A DNA stretch of 64,000 nt from Malacoraja senta (GCA_038087875.1 JAXLNO010005631.1:124001-188000); one strand, 5' to 3'. Positions 51,139 through 64,000 are shown, counted from the stretch's first letter. Program-made: numbers and translations. The notes: generated from the sequence alone by a model not told the origin.

Positions 51139-52787
51139 TTAAAGAAGGAACTGCAGATGCTGGAAAATCGAAGGTACACAAAAATGCTGGAGAAACTCAG
51201 CGGGTGCAGCAGCATCTATGGAGCGAAGGAAATAGGTAACGTTTCGGGCCGAAACCCTTCTTCAGACTGATAGGGGGTGGGGAGAAGAAAGGAAAAAAGG
51301 AAAAGGAGGAGGAGGAGCCCGAGGGTTGGGGGAGGGGAGGAGACAACCAGATGGCTGATGAAGGGGAGGGGACAGCCAGGGCTAGCAGAATTGGGAGAAT
51401 TCAACGTTCAGGCCACCAGGGTGTAGACTGCCCAAGCGGAATATGAGGTGCATTTCCTCCAATTTACGGTGTTGCTCGCTGTGGCCATGGAGGAGACCCA
51501 GGACAGAGAGGTCAGATACGGAATGGGAGGGGGAGTTGAAGTGCTGAGCCACCGGGAGTTCAGGTTGGTTATTGCGGACCGACCGGAGGTGTTCGGCGAA
51601 ACGATCGCCAAGCCTCCGCTTGGTCTCACCGATGTAGATCAGCTGGCATCTAGAGCAGCGAATGCAATAGATGAGGTTGGAGGAGATGCAGGTGAACCTC
51701 TGTCGCACCTGGAACGACTGCTTGGGTCCTGGAATGGAGTGGAGGGGGGAAGTGAAGGGACAAGTGTTGCATCTCTTGCGGTTGCAAGGGAAAGTACCAG
51801 GGGAGGGGGTGGTATGGGAGGGAAGGGAAGAATTGACAAGGGAGTTACGGAGGGAGCGGTCTTTGCGGAAGGCAGACATAGGGGGAGATGGGAAGATGTG
51901 GCGAGTGGTGGGGTCACGTTGGAGGTGGCGAAACTGACGGAGGATCACTTGTTGTATGTGACGGCTGGTGGGGTGAAAGGTGAGGACTAGGGGGACTCTG
52001 CCTTTGTTGTGAGTGGGGGGATGGGGAGAGAGAGCAGTGTTGCGGGGTATGGCAGAGACCCTGGTGCGAGCCTCATCTATGGTGGAGGAGGGGAACCCCC
52101 GTTCCCTGAAGAATGAGGACATTTCAGATGCCCTGGTGTGGAACGCCTCATCCTGGGAGCAGATGCGGCGTAGACGGAGGAATTGGGAGTGGGGGATGGA
52201 GTCCTTACAGGAAGCAGGGTGGGAAGAAGTGTAGTCCAGATAGCCATGGGAGTCGGTAGGTTTGTAGTGGATGTCGGTAAGGAGTCTATCACCTGCGATG
52301 GAGATAGTGAGGTCAAGGAATGGTAGGGAAGTGTCGGAAATGGTCCAGGTGTATTTAAGTGCCGGATGGAAGTTGGTGGTGAAGCGGATGAAGTCAGTCA
52401 GTTGTGTGTGGGTGCAGGATGTGGCACCAAAACAATCATCGATGTAGCGGAGGTAGAGGTCGGGGATGGGGCCCTGGTACGCATTGAACAGGGATTGTTC
52501 TACGTACCCGACAAAGAGGCAGGCGTAGCTGGGGCCCATGCGTGTGCCCATAGCTACGCCTTGTATTTGGAGGAAATGGGAGGAGTCGAATGAAAAGTTA
52601 TTAAGTGTAAGTACCAGGTCCGCTAGGCGGAGGAGGGTGTCAGTGGCCGGGTATAGATTGCTTCTACGGTCGAGGAAAAAACGGAGGGCTTTGAGACCAT
52701 CCTGGTGGGGGATGGAGGTGTACAGTGACTGGACGTCCATGGTGAAGATGAGGGGGTGAGGGCCTAGAGAGTGGAATGCGCGGAATG
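51139..52787 (-). mobile_element. Young 5'-truncated Penelope-like element with uninterrupted 452-aa RT-GIY-YIG ORF (51382-52740)
   Basis: 13-bp direct repeat ctcgatcatagtt at 51126-51138 and 52788-52800; motifs DVQSLYTSIPH, YIDD, YIGETKRRL. Confidence 0.95.
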
Positions 52788-53254
52788 CTCGATCATAGTT
52801 AATAGCTTTGCGTTCTTTCTGGGTGTGACATTTCAGATCGGATGGAACGGTTTGACGATGTTAAAAAAAATAACGTCTAAATTATTACCTAAATTACCGA
52901 AATTCTTCAAAGGAAGAAGGGCATATATTATCTGCATAGAATTGGAAAAGCGGGTTCAGTTTTTCTTCGTTTTAGATGGTTGCGTGATCAGATACAGGTT
53001 TGCAAAATCATGATATGTATGATAAGGCACAGACGAGATAACCTGCAGCCATTGTCGAATGGATCAAGATTTAAAGAATATAAAATGAAAGCGATTGTCG
53101 ACGGAACAAACCGAGAACTGGGCATTATGTGTATAGTAATTAATTATTGTTAGGAATGAAGAATCAATTGAAGTATTAAGTACCGACTGCAGACCATCTC
53201 ACAAAGTAAGCAACTTCAAACGCCCTGCACCGCCGTGTCCGGATCAGATATCCG

Positions 53255-53380
53255 TCATTGTTGGGCAGGAGCTGGTGTGGCTTCGAGATTCCGGCTTCGG
53301 GTTTCCCGTCGGCAGTAGAAATATACATTGATTGGATGGGCGTAACTCAATGTTACCAGTGCGATGAATGCGATGTTTAA
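53255..53380 (-). CDS. SLC43A3: SLC43A3-like last coding exon (LNIAFIALVTLSYAHPINVYFYCRR...QQ*)
   Basis: acacag|tta acceptor; phase 0 matches the previous exon; resembles the C-terminal TM of SLC43A3. Confidence 0.85.
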   Translation of the reverse strand, partial: LNIAFIALVTLSYAHPINVYFYCRRETRSRNLEATPAPAQQ

Positions 53381-53950
53381 CTGTGTTGTAATGGAAACGA
53401 AGACGTTGGGAGAGATTAGTTTTTGAGAAGCGACTACCCCGAATGCAACAACGAATAATTCGAGCTTTCAGCAAAGATATTCAGTGGGACCGTCTGCTCG
53501 GTGCTGACCAAAGATCATAGAGCGCAGCAAGATGGTCCACTCCTGTGAAATCTAATGGACTGGCTTGTAGTACGCACCGGAGCGTAAATTCCGCCATTTC
53601 AGTAAACCCGACGAGACCAGTTATGCCTCTCACAATGTACTAAGCGCTGCGGGGGAACAGTTTGTGTGTTTTTAAATGTTTTAAATGTTTTTTAATTTTT
53701 TTAATTTTTAAATGCAGTAAACCCTCATCAACCGTCCCCCCCCCCCCCCACCATCACTGCCAGCACTGCCTTTGTCGCTATTTGCTGAAGTAAGTGTGTG
53801 TGTGGAAACTTGCGTGACTGTTAATCTGACTGGAAGCCAAATCTGACCGGACACGCGCTAATACACTCGAAAAAGGCACATATTGTGTATAGGCAGGAAT
53901 TGCAGATACTGGTTTAAACCGAAGACAGACCAGTCTTCGGTTTAAACCAG

Positions 53951-54625
53951 AAGACTTCTTTTCAAGTCCCTACCTGGTCGGAGAGGGTGCTTTCCTCCGA
54001 GCAGCACCTTCGACCCGTCCTCGCGGCCTACCAGCGGGGCCTGGAGCGGCGTTTCCTGAGGGGACCTGGCCAGAACCTCGGCTTTGGCGGCGGCACAGCG
54101 CTGGAGCGCTATCGCGGAGTGTGCGATGCCTTGTCTGGGTCGCCACGCTGGAACTCCGGTATGCTGGGACCGCCGATAAAAACATCGCGGAGCCGCGGGT
54201 CTGTGGAGCGGCCAGCTGCGGGCGGCAGCGCTGACTTTAACATCGCGGAGCCTGGGATCTCTCGCCGAGATCGCCAGTATGTGGAGCTCCGTCCAGAGCG
54301 GCCTGTTGGCTTTGAAGCCGCAGTCTCCGGTAAGAAGGCGGCCGTTCCTGGCACACCAAGCCGCTGAGAGGGTTCTCCCGACGCCGGAGTACCATCACCC
54401 GGCGAGAATGGCCAGGAACATCGAGCCTCCGTAGCGGCGACTGTGGAGGCCTCAATAGGCCCGACTATGGGTGGACATGGGGATGGGGACTGGACTTCGT
54501 GCCTTTTATGTTTTAATGTTAAACTTCTTTAATGCTATGTTGTATTTTTATTAGTGTGCTGCAAGGACATCAGAAATTCCCCTGAATAAGGGGATTAATA
54601 AAGTAAAAATCAATCAATCAATCAA
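53951..54625 (+). mobile_element. GC-rich non-autonomous element, 5'-truncated, with Rex/Babar-type tail
   Basis: Body homologous to the minus strand of about 61150-61670; ends aattcccctgaataagggattaataaagt...(aatc)n. Confidence 0.65.
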
Positions 54626-54700
54626 GACATAAAAGGCTGGTGTAAATCAGCGGATCAGGCAGCATCTCTGGAGAAAATGATTAGGTTACATTTCGGGTTG

Positions 54701-54866
54701 ACTTTTTCGATAGATGTCATCCTTCGCCCTGCTCCTGGTTTCGGCCCGCACCGATCTGACGGACATGCTGTGTGTGTGTGTGTGTGTGTGTATTCGTTTG
54801 GCGGAGTCTGAGGGGAGAAGGGCCGGCACCTAGAGCGAGCGAAGACGCGGACAGACGGACGAAAGC
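54701..54866 (-). pseudogene. BCL7A: BCL7A-like exon 1 and 5'UTR, inverted copy with 17-nt deletion
   Basis: ATG at 54766: MSVRSVRAETRSRAKDDI, then aaacgggtcatggcagc is missing, then tatcgaaaaagt. Confidence 0.85.
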
Positions 54867-55024
54867 AACGATCATAGAGCGGCATAGGTGACATCTCGGG
54901 TCGAGACCCTTCTTCAGTCTGGCAGTCAAGTGAAAGGGAATCGGGAGATATAGGCATATGTTCCATTAATTTGTCCTTAGTACCATCTATATCTCTTGTT
55001 CCTCTTTACCCTGACTCAGTCTGA

Positions 55025-55249
<225 letters not shown>

Positions 55250-56116
55250 TAAGGCGGAAATAAAAAAAAACACCCTAAGGAAATAGATGTTTAACAAAAA
55301 AAAGGAGGTGGGCGGCGATCGCTCCGTGTCCGTTTCGGAGGGAAGGGGGGAGGATGGTTTGAGTTCCTCTTTCCCCTGACTCAGTATGAAGACGGGTTTC
55401 GACCCGAAATGTCACCTATTCCTTTTTTCCAGAAATGCCGTCCGACCCGCTGCGTTTTGTGTCTATCCTTTAATCTCTCATCCTGATATAGCAGAATCTC
55501 CCTGAATTAGCTTGACGCCATGACGGAAGCCGGTTACGGAAATGGCGCTGAAGATTACCCATCACCTACTACGGCTTTTTCACGAGTGAACCCTTTCTCC
55601 GGTCTATGATCTTTGGTGCTCACAATTCGAATACCTCCCTACACACCCGTTCCACGTCCCATTCCCACGACAGCACACGTTATTTCAACTCATTTCCTAC
55701 AAATATTCCGCCTCCAACAAGCAGAGCCACACAGTCTCTGGGCAAACTTTTCCCGGCTTCAGGCTGGTTCTACAACCAACCGCCATCAGGCTGTGACTTT
55801 TGGGCCACCAATCCTCATCTCGTTCCACACCATTTGTTCACTACAAATCTTTCACTATGTTCTTCACCTCTGCCTCATCACCCATGAACAGTCTCTATTT
55901 AAGGGCAAGCACCGCTCATTCGGTATCCCCACTGAACCCCGATCAGTTATTTCCTTTACGCTCCTCTTCCAAGCATTGTCATCCACCCTAAAGTAAGGTG
56001 GCTGCAATTGGATATGATGCCTGAGCAAAAACGGTTGCTTCTGTGTCTGTTGTTTGCAGAAAACTTCGGCGGTGTCTCCGTGGGTTTCACAGAAACCTCA
56101 GCAATTGGATACTTAC

Positions 56117-56240
56117 GTACAATGGGTTTCCCTGCAAGGGTCCATTGACGAGGAGAAAGCAGGGATACTGGAGCAGAGAGACCACGGCTGCCAGAGCCAA
56201 CGTTATCCCGTAGATTTTTCCAAAGTGACACAGAGGGAAC
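56117..56240 (-). CDS. SLC43A3: SLC43A3-like exon (FPLCHFGKIYGITLALAAVVSLLQYPCFLLVNGPLQGNPLY)
   Basis: ttccag|g...tac|gtaagt; 124 nt, in frame; homologous to [26 protein letters not shown]. Confidence 0.93.
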
Positions 56241-56602
56241 CTGGAAGAGTAGAAGTTTAATGCAAAGCATTGTATCGTACCCAGGAATGCACCAGCTGTC
56301 CAATGGGCCTTACATCAGTTACATCAGTATTTATGATCCAGCGGACCCGTGTCCCAAGCTCACACGTTGATTGCTTCCGTGTATCACCTACATTATTCGT
56401 TTATTGGAACAAGCCACGGGAACATTCTCTCCGCATTGGAATGCCTATTCCCCGCCCAGACCCTCAATCGGTTTCATTTTACCGTCTACTTAAAGAGGAT
56501 TCAACATCTTACAGGCAGTCCTGATCGCCAAAATTCAGATCTAATGCCTCGGGCTTTGGCTACTAAACCCTGATCCATCCCTCGTGTGACGAGTTCACTT
56601 AC

Positions 56603-56795
56603 GTAATGACGATGAACGCACCGAGTCCACCGTACAGGAACGCGCGGTTGACCGTTTGCAGGATGAAGGTCAGGTACTGCACCTCCAACACGGGGATGGC
56701 GGCGCAGACCGTGAAGGCGACAGAGAACGTGACGGTAATAGCGAGAGACAGTACCGCCGATTGCATGTCCGCCAGTCTCTCAGAGGAGGCCGAGC
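56603..56795 (-). CDS. SLC43A3: SLC43A3-like exon (SASSERLADMQSAVLSLAIT...IPVLEVQYLTFILQTVNRAFLYGGLGAFIVI)
   Basis: ccccag|gc...ac|gtaagt; 193 nt, in frame; matches the SLC43A3 QYLTFILQVISRSFLYG motif. Confidence 0.93.
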
Positions 56796-57129
56796 CTGGG
56801 GAAAAGAGACAAGACGTCGTTAACGATCCGCACTCCCCATCAGTATCACTATATCCTACCCGATCCAGAGAGTTTATCCCTGAGGGTGGAGGGGTTGACT
56901 TCCGCGGTGGAGACGGGAGAGGCTGGATCAAAATGAACAGAGAGTGGAAGATTGAGCGTGAAAGGGTAGCAGAGAAAATATTGTTGAAAAATGACAGGCT
57001 CACAACTAGTCAAAGTGACCGTTAATCATTAGTTAGACAATGCACCGTCTGACCTGAGAGTCCGTGAGTGGAAATGTTCAAGTGATAAATGCGCTGAGTG
57101 AGGGTGCGAGATAAAATACTGTTGCAAAA

Positions 57130-58620
57130 GTGCAGGTAGACAAAAATGCTACAGAAACTCAGCGGGTGCGGTAGCATCTATGGAGCGAAAGAAATAGGCA
57201 ACGTTTCGGATCGAGACCCTTCTTCAGACTGATGTGAGGGGGGGCGGGAAGAAGAAAGGAAGAGGCGGAGACAGTGGGCTGAGGGGGAGTTGAGAAGGGG
57301 AGGAGAAAGCAGGGACTACCTGAAATTAGATAAGTCATTGCTCATACCGCTGAGGTGCAAACTGCCGAAGCGAAATATGAGGTGTTGCTCCGACAATTTA
57401 CGGTGGGGCTCACTCTGCCCATGGAGGAGGCCCAGGACAGAAAGGCCGGATTCGGAATGGGAGGGGGAGTTGAAGTGCTGAGCCACAGGGAGATCAGGTT
57501 GGTTAGTGCGAACCGAGCGGAGGTGTTGGGCGAAGCGATCGCCAAGCCTACGCTTAGTCTCACCGATGTAGAGCAGCTGACATCTAGGGCAGCGGATGCA
57601 ATAGATCTGGTTGGACGAGGTGCAGGTGAACCTCTGTCGCACCTGGAAAGACTGCTTGGGTCCTTGAATTGAGTCAAGGGGGGAGGTAAAGCGACAAGTG
57701 TAGTATTTCCTGCGGTTGCCAGGAAAGTGCAAGGAGAGGGGGTGGTATGGGTGGGAACAGACGAATTGAACAGGGAGTTACGGAGGGAGCGGTCTCTGCA
57801 GAAAGCAGACGGGAGGAGATGGGAAGATGTGGCCAGTGGTGGGATCCCATTGGAGATGGCGAAAATATCGGAGGATTATTTGTTGTATGTGACGGCTGGT
57901 AGGGTGGAAGGTGAGGACAAGGGGGACTCTGCCCTTGTTACGAGTGGGGGGATGGGGAGTGAGAGCAGAGTTACGGGGTATAGAACAGACCGTGTTGAGA
58001 GCCTCATCTATAGTAGGGGAGGAGAATCCCCGTTCACTGAAGAATTAGTACATTTCCGATGCCCTGGTGTGGAACATCTCATCCTGGGAGCAGATGTGGC
58101 GTAGACGGAGGAATTGGGAGTAGGGGATGGAGTCCTTACATGAAGCAGGGTGGGTAGAAGTGTAGTCCAGATAGCCATGGGCGTCAGTGCGTTTATAGTG
58201 GATGTCGGTCAGCAGTCTATCAACTGCGATGGAGAGAGTGAGCTCTAGAAATTGTAGGGAAATGTCGAAAATGGTCCAGGTGTATTTGAGTGCAGGATGG
58301 AAGTTAGTGATGCAATGGATGAAGTCAGTGAGTTGTGTGTGGGTGCAGGAGGTAGCACCAATGCAGTCGTCGATGTAACGGAGGGAGAGGTCGGGGATGG
58401 GGCCCTGGTACGCCTCGAACAAGGATTGTTTGCCGTACCGTACAAAGAGACAGGCGCAGCTAGGGCCCATGAGCGCGCCCATAGCTACGCCTTGTATTTG
58501 GAGGAAATGGGAGGAGTCAAAGGAAAAGTTATTAAGGGTAAGGACCAGCTCCGCTAGGCAGAGGGGAGTATCAGTAGACGGGGATTGGTGGGTTCTGCAG
58601 GCACCGTAGTGAGGTTGAAG
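57130..58620 (-). mobile_element. Penelope-like element, moderately degraded
   Basis: ORFs 58045-58647 (RT) and 57316-57732 (GIY-YIG). Confidence 0.9.
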
Positions 58621-58766
58621 TGGGAATGTGATGGCAGGGAGCGCCACTTCTCATCAGAATGCCAAGTATCAGATTCAGCACTCACAAAGAGTCATACTGC
58701 GTAGAATCAGGCCATTCTGTCCAACTTGCCCAGACAGGCTAAAATGTCCAATCTACACTCGTCCCA

Positions 58767-61700
58767 CTTCTTCTGTCGTATGTCTTTTAGACCTGCAGCT
58801 CCATTGAGGCGAGCCAGGCCAACGTGTCATCGTCCAGGTCAATCAGACCTCGTTCACCATTCGGCCTGTCCATGAGGCCTCACCTCTTCATCGCTACTCC
58901 ATAGCGTCCGACACCTGTCCTCAAGCGGTTGAGTGTTGTGCACTGCTTTCAGGGCAGGTCCTGGACAGGGACGTCCATGGGGTCATCGATGTAGTGCTGT
59001 AGCCTAGATGGTTCCGCTGACTTCCACTGGTCTCTCCATCTCGTCTTGACCCAGGCGGCTTTGGAAGCGTCAGCCAGTGTTGTGCAGAGCAGCTCTTGGG
59101 CTTACGAGGCAAAGGGGTGCCGTGATTTGAGGCGCACTCGTCGTGGTGTCTCTGTGACGATCTGATGGAGGAGGTGGGATTCACTGGTCTGTGCCTTTTG
59201 AGAGAGGGCCAGCATGGCTGCTTCTCGTCTGATGTTGGCTGGGGCGATGCCAGCGAGGATAGGAAGTTGGTTTACTGGGGTGGCTCGTAGGCAATCGGAG
59301 ACAGTGTGCAGGGGGCTGTTGAGTGCAGCATCCAGCTTCTTGGCGTGAGGGCTACGGCACCAGACGGTGGCGCAGTACTCGGCGGCTGAGAACACCAGGG
59401 CCACTGTGGACATGCGCAGTGTCTTCATCGTGGCTTCCCATGTGGTGCCGGCTAGGCGGCGTATCAGTGCGGCACGGGCGCTTGTCTTTGCCTTGGCACC
59501 TTCCAGGTGTTGTTTGAATGACAACGTTCTGTCAAGCTTCACACCGAGGTACGTGGGGACGGGCTGGGACCATAACTGGGCATTATCCACCATGATGTTC
59601 ATCTCGCGGGACGCTTCCCTGTTGTTGAGGTGGAACATTGAAGATGTTGTCTTACCCATGATGAGCTTGAGGCGCCAGTTCCTCAGGTATGAAGACAGGA
59701 TGTTCATGTCTTCAGAGAGGCCCTCTTCTGCTGCTTCCCAGGATGGCTTACTGAGTAGGATGGCCAGGTCATCAGCATAGCCATACTTCTTTGACTGGGT
59801 TGCAGGCAGGTCATGGATGTAGATGTTGAACAGCATTGGTGCCAGCACTGAGCCCTGTGGGACGCCGTTCTTAAGTTTCCTCACCCTGCTGCATTTCCTG
59901 TTGCCGGTGTGTAGCCTGAAGCTGCGGTTGCTCAGCATCTCCATGATGAAGCTCACCATGTGCTTGCCTGGGATGGTTTCCAGAAGCTTCATGTGTAGTC
60001 CACGCAGCCAGACAGTATCATATGCAGCTGTGAGGTCCAAGAAGACAACGCCAGCCTTCTCCCCTGCCTGGAAGCTGTCCTCTCTGTCATGGCACAGGAG
60101 GGTCATCTGGTCCGCCGTTGACCTACCGCTTCGGAAGCCAGCCTGTTCATTGGGCAGCTGGGGGTCGATCACTGGGTTGAGACGTGTGTGGAGGAGACGT
60201 TCCAGGAGCTTGTATGGAACACACAGCAGTGAGATGGGTCGGTATCCCTTGAGTTCATCGCTAGGTTTGTTTGGCTTCGGCAGAGCGATCACCTTGGCAC
60301 GGCGCCAGATCTTTGGCTGCTTTTGGCAGTGGAAACACATGGAGAGGAAGGAGCACAGACAGTCAGTTGCCTTCTTGCCTTGGTGTTTTAAGTATTCCAG
60401 GTGGATGCCGTCGGTGCCTGGTGCCTTACCGGTTTTCAGCCGTCGGATGGCCTGCTCGATTTCTTGTGTTGATTAATCGTGGAATAGGTTGGAAGCGCAG
60501 CTCGGGGCCCTGTGCAGCTCGTGGACTCTCGCCAATGTTGTTCTGGTGAAGTCCTTTTCTGCGTTGGGGAAGCGGCCGTTGCTCAGCAGTAGCGACGCGA
60601 TGGAATTTGCAGTGATGGGACACTGTGCTGGGGTTGTCGACCTGCCCATCAGCTTATTCATGGTCTTCCACGCCTGACGGCTGGAGTCTGTGAAATCAAT
60701 TGATTCCACTGTCTCCATCCATATTTGCCTGCGTTTCAATTTTTAGTCTGCAGATTAGTTCATTCGCTGCTTTGTCCCTGTCTTCGCTCATTTGTGATTC
60801 TGTGTGGGCGTGAAGTAGGTCTTCACATTCGTCATCCCAGCAGGGAACATAATAATTAATATTAATTCATTTTATTTACTGGCGCCTTTCTAAAACCCAA
60901 GGACACCTTACAAGGCATAGAATCACAAAAATACAAAACACATAATCGGACTAAATTAATTATAAAAACACCACAGTACACAAATCAAGGACAGAATTCA
61001 ATTTCAAAAGCACAAAAAGAAAATAAGAAACACAATTTGAGGAGAGAGCATCGGCGACCAATTCGCGCCAGCGTCCACTGTCCCCTCCGACCGCCATCTT
61101 GCACACAGACTAACAGGCACAGCACACAAAAATCATCCCCCCACAATGACCACCACTGTGGGGGAAGGCACAATGTCCAGTCCCCAACCCAGTTCTCCCC
61201 AGAGTCAGGCCCAATGAGGCCTCCACAGTTGCCTCTACGGAGGCCCGATGTTCCTGGCCGTCGGGAGAGTCCTCGCAGCGGCTGGAACGGCAGGTTTCCC
61301 AGCGGAGTCGATGACACCTGAAGCCGACAGGGCCGCGCCGATTTGGAGCCACGAGGCTCCCGATGTTGGAGTCCGCGCCGCCGCCCGCGGCTGGTCGCTC
61401 CGCAGTCCCGCAGCCTGGAGGTGTTGATCTCGGCGGTCAACGCATACCGGAGCTCCAACGCGTCGATCCAGCGCGGCGACCCAGGCAAGGCATCGCCCGC
61501 TACGCTCCCCGATAGCGCTCCAGCGCTGTGCCGCCACCGAAGCTGAAGGTGCTGGGCAGTCCCCGTCAGGAAACGGCGCTCCATGCCCGCTGGTAGGCCA
61601 CGAGGACGGGTCGACGGGGCAGCCTGGAGAAATAGCTGCCTCACCGACCAGGTAGGGACCCAGAAATAGTTTCCCCCTTACCCCCCCACATTAAAAGTCA

Positions 61701-62510
61701 AAATCCCCCAAACAAACAAAGAAATTAAAAAAGCTAAAACTAAAGAAAAAGTGAATTTGACGGACGGCTGCTGTTTAGCAGCCGTTCCTCCAAGATGGCG
61801 GCTTTACTTACACCGCGGGGGATGTTCTTCTTGGCGGCCGCCAGCAGCATCTTGCAGTATGAGTCGTAGGCATTGTTCAGGTTGGTGGGGCGTGGGTGTG
61901 GGAGGCCAGCGGCTGCCTTATTCACTTGTTGTGTGAAGCCTACCCAGTTTGCTTTCCGGAATTTCCACCCCTTGACGTCTTTCCTTTCGACGGGCTGGAC
62001 CAGAAATGGAATGGTTATGAGCGATGGTCGATGGTGTGACCGAGGAAACCTGTCCAGGATGCGTTACTGGGAGCGGTTGGTTGTTGCGACATTTTGCGAA
62101 GGCCAGGTCCGGGTTGGTGGTGTTGTTCCAGCGTGCAGAGTAGAAAGTGCGTGGCTTCTTTGGGTCGTATAGGAGTGTTGCATCGGCGGTCGAGGCCCAT
62201 TCTGCCAGGAAGTCGCCGTCAGCGTTGGAGCTGCTGTATGCCCAGTCTGTATGAAGGCTGTTGAAATCACCAGCACACACGGCAGGTGCTGGGACATCTG
62301 GCAGAGATGTTGGGGCCAACCTGTTCGGAGGCGGCTTGTAAATGTTGACAATGGGAGTGTCTTGCAATTTGGTTGTGATCCATTCTACCTCTGCATCCTC
62401 TGCGGACTCTGCTAAGGCTGACCAGGTCATGTCATGACGAACAAACGTAGCTATGCCATGATGTTTGTCGGCGGTGTGACCGGCCAGGGTATACCAACCT
62501 CGTCCCACCA
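58767..62510 (-). mobile_element. Vingi-like LINE (APE + RT), interrupted at 60852-61810
   Basis: 412-aa RT ORF (YRPISLL, QAGFRSGRST, FLDLTAAYDTVW, GVPQGSVLAP, YADD); endonuclease IVNIYKPP, AGDFNS, NPDLAF; 3' end catacgacagaagaag. Confidence 0.8.
60852..61810 (-). mobile_element. GC-rich non-autonomous element with L2-like 3' tail, inserted in the Vingi copy
   Basis: Splits AKKNIPRG from YVPCWDDECEDL; ends ccttgggttttagaaaggcgccagtaaataaaatg...attatt. Confidence 0.7.
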
Positions 62511-62539
62511 ACCTGCGTTTGTCCCATGTCTCCATAAAT

Positions 62540-63640
62540 CTGTCCTATCTATGTAGCTGTCTAAATATTTCATAAATATTGCGATAGTACCTGCAACTAC
62601 CCTCTCCGGCAGCTCATACCATACACCTGTCAGTCTTTGTGCTCTTTAAATCTTTCACTCCTCAATTTAAATCTGTTCCTCTGGTTTTCAATTCCACTCC
62701 TCTGGGCAGAAATCTTGCGTCGACCGAACATATTCCTTTGATGATTTTGTACACCTCTATAACATTCTCCTCGTCCTCATGCGCACCAAGGAACAGAGTC
62801 CTAGTCTACTGAAAATCTCCCTAGAGCCCAGAACCTCGAGACCTGTTAACGTCGTAAAACTTATTTGCACCCTTTCCAGTTTGACATGTTTCCTAACATG
62901 GTGCCCAAAACTGAACACAATGTTGCAAATGCGGCCACAACAACATCTTATACAACTGCAACATGACCTCCGACTATGACTGAAAAAGGCCAATGTGCCA
63001 AAAGCCGTTTTGAGCATCCCATCTATTCGTGATGCCACTTTCAGTGAATTAGGTATCTGTACATCCGGAACCCTCAACACTGCACCCCCTCCCTCACCTT
63101 CACCGCCCTACCAGTCACCGTGTAGCTCCTACCCATGTTAGCGCTCCCAAAATGAAACACCTCACATTTCACTGCATTCCTCAGTGCACCTGCGCAACCA
63201 ATGAGGACTCTGCTGCAATGTTTGGAAAACAACTTCACTATCTGCAATACCACCCACTGTTGTGTTAGAGAAATCTTGCTAATCATGCTATGTACGCTCT
63301 CATCCAAATCATTGATATATATCACAAACAGCAATAGGGCACAACCGAACCATGTGGAACACCACTAAATACAGCCCTCCAGTCTCAAGAGCAATCTACC
63401 ACAAATACCCTATGCTTCGTTCCCTGAAGCCAATTTTATGTCCATTCGGGTATCTCTGCTTGCGTCCCACGGGATCTAACCTTCCAGGGCAGCCAACTAT
63501 GCCGAAACTTGTCGAATACCTTCTTGAAATCAATGTATACAACGTGCACAGCTCTGTCATCAATGAACATTTTGGTCAAATCCTCAAATAACGCAATCAG
63601 ATTCGTGAGACACAACCTCACACGAAGATCCATAATTAGC
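62540..63640 (-). mobile_element. Old CR1 fragment
   Basis: CLTNLIALFED, IDFKKVFDK, LFVIYINDLD, KTAFGTLAF. Confidence 0.75.
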
Positions 63641-63711
63641 CCTCGTCTATCTTATGTCTGTGTCTGAAATATCTGTAATTGTGTGGAAGCGACTCGGATC
63701 TCTCGGGTTAC

Positions 63712-63828
63712 CTGAGGTGTCCAACCGCTGGTTTCTCCGTTTGTGGCGGTCGAAGATGAACCCATTCCATGGCGCGCACAAGATGCCGCATAATTGTATA
63801 ATACCGAGAGCGTTTGTAAGTTTGCTGA
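63712..63828 (-). CDS. SLC43A3: SLC43A3-like exon (SKLTNALGIIQLCGILCAPWNGFIFDRHKRRNQRLDTS)
   Basis: tatacag|tc...tca g|gtaacc; 117 nt; the CAPWNG motif marks SLC43A3 rather than SLC43A1/2; upstream exons lie beyond the window. Confidence 0.93.
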
Positions 63829-64000
63829 CTGTATAATAAAGAACAAAGGTAGAAATAGCAATGGGTTAGGTGTGTAACATATGAGACGAATAGATCGAAC
63901 ATATGAGATGAATGAACAGTGTCTCAGTGAATCGAGAACCAGATGACATAGGTTTACGTTAAAGGCGGAAATATTTAACATGACTCTGAGGGGTAACCTT

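Noticed and set aside
60985-61644. 219-aa GC-rich ORF (also 53987-54367) as a novel protein
   Set aside because: No recognisable domain, the frame is not conserved between the two homologous copies, and long ORFs are expected at this GC content.

Overview
Eukaryotic DNA from a cartilaginous fish, most likely a skate or ray, judged from the Ig sequence and the repeat content. The left part (5.5-23.5 kb, + strand) holds one cluster-type IgM heavy-chain gene: leader, VH, JH, Cmu1-4 with secretory tail, TM1 and TM2. All C and TM exons are open with GT/AG splice sites. However, no D segments are visible, the V lacks an intact heptamer (leaving a 12-spacer RSS remnant directly on the V coding end), and the V has lost conserved framework residues. 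The right part (53.2-63.8 kb, - strand) holds the last four in-frame exons of an SLC43A3-like transporter gene, which continues beyond the window. Its last intron contains a ~550-bp degenerate palindrome made of two copies of BCL7A-like exon 1 plus 5'UTR. Most of the remainder is nested transposons: CR1 (HER1-like) LINEs, Penelope-like elements (one young copy with a 13-bp TSD), a Mag-type Ty3/Gypsy LTR element, a split HERO (RLE) element, a Vingi-like LINE, Rex1/Babar pieces, a CGGBP-like hAT transposase remnant and GC-rich modular non-autonomous elements. There are two N gaps. Gene boundaries were counted by hand. TE family names come from motif recognition without database searches, and TE boundaries are approximate unless a TSD, LTR or splice site is given.
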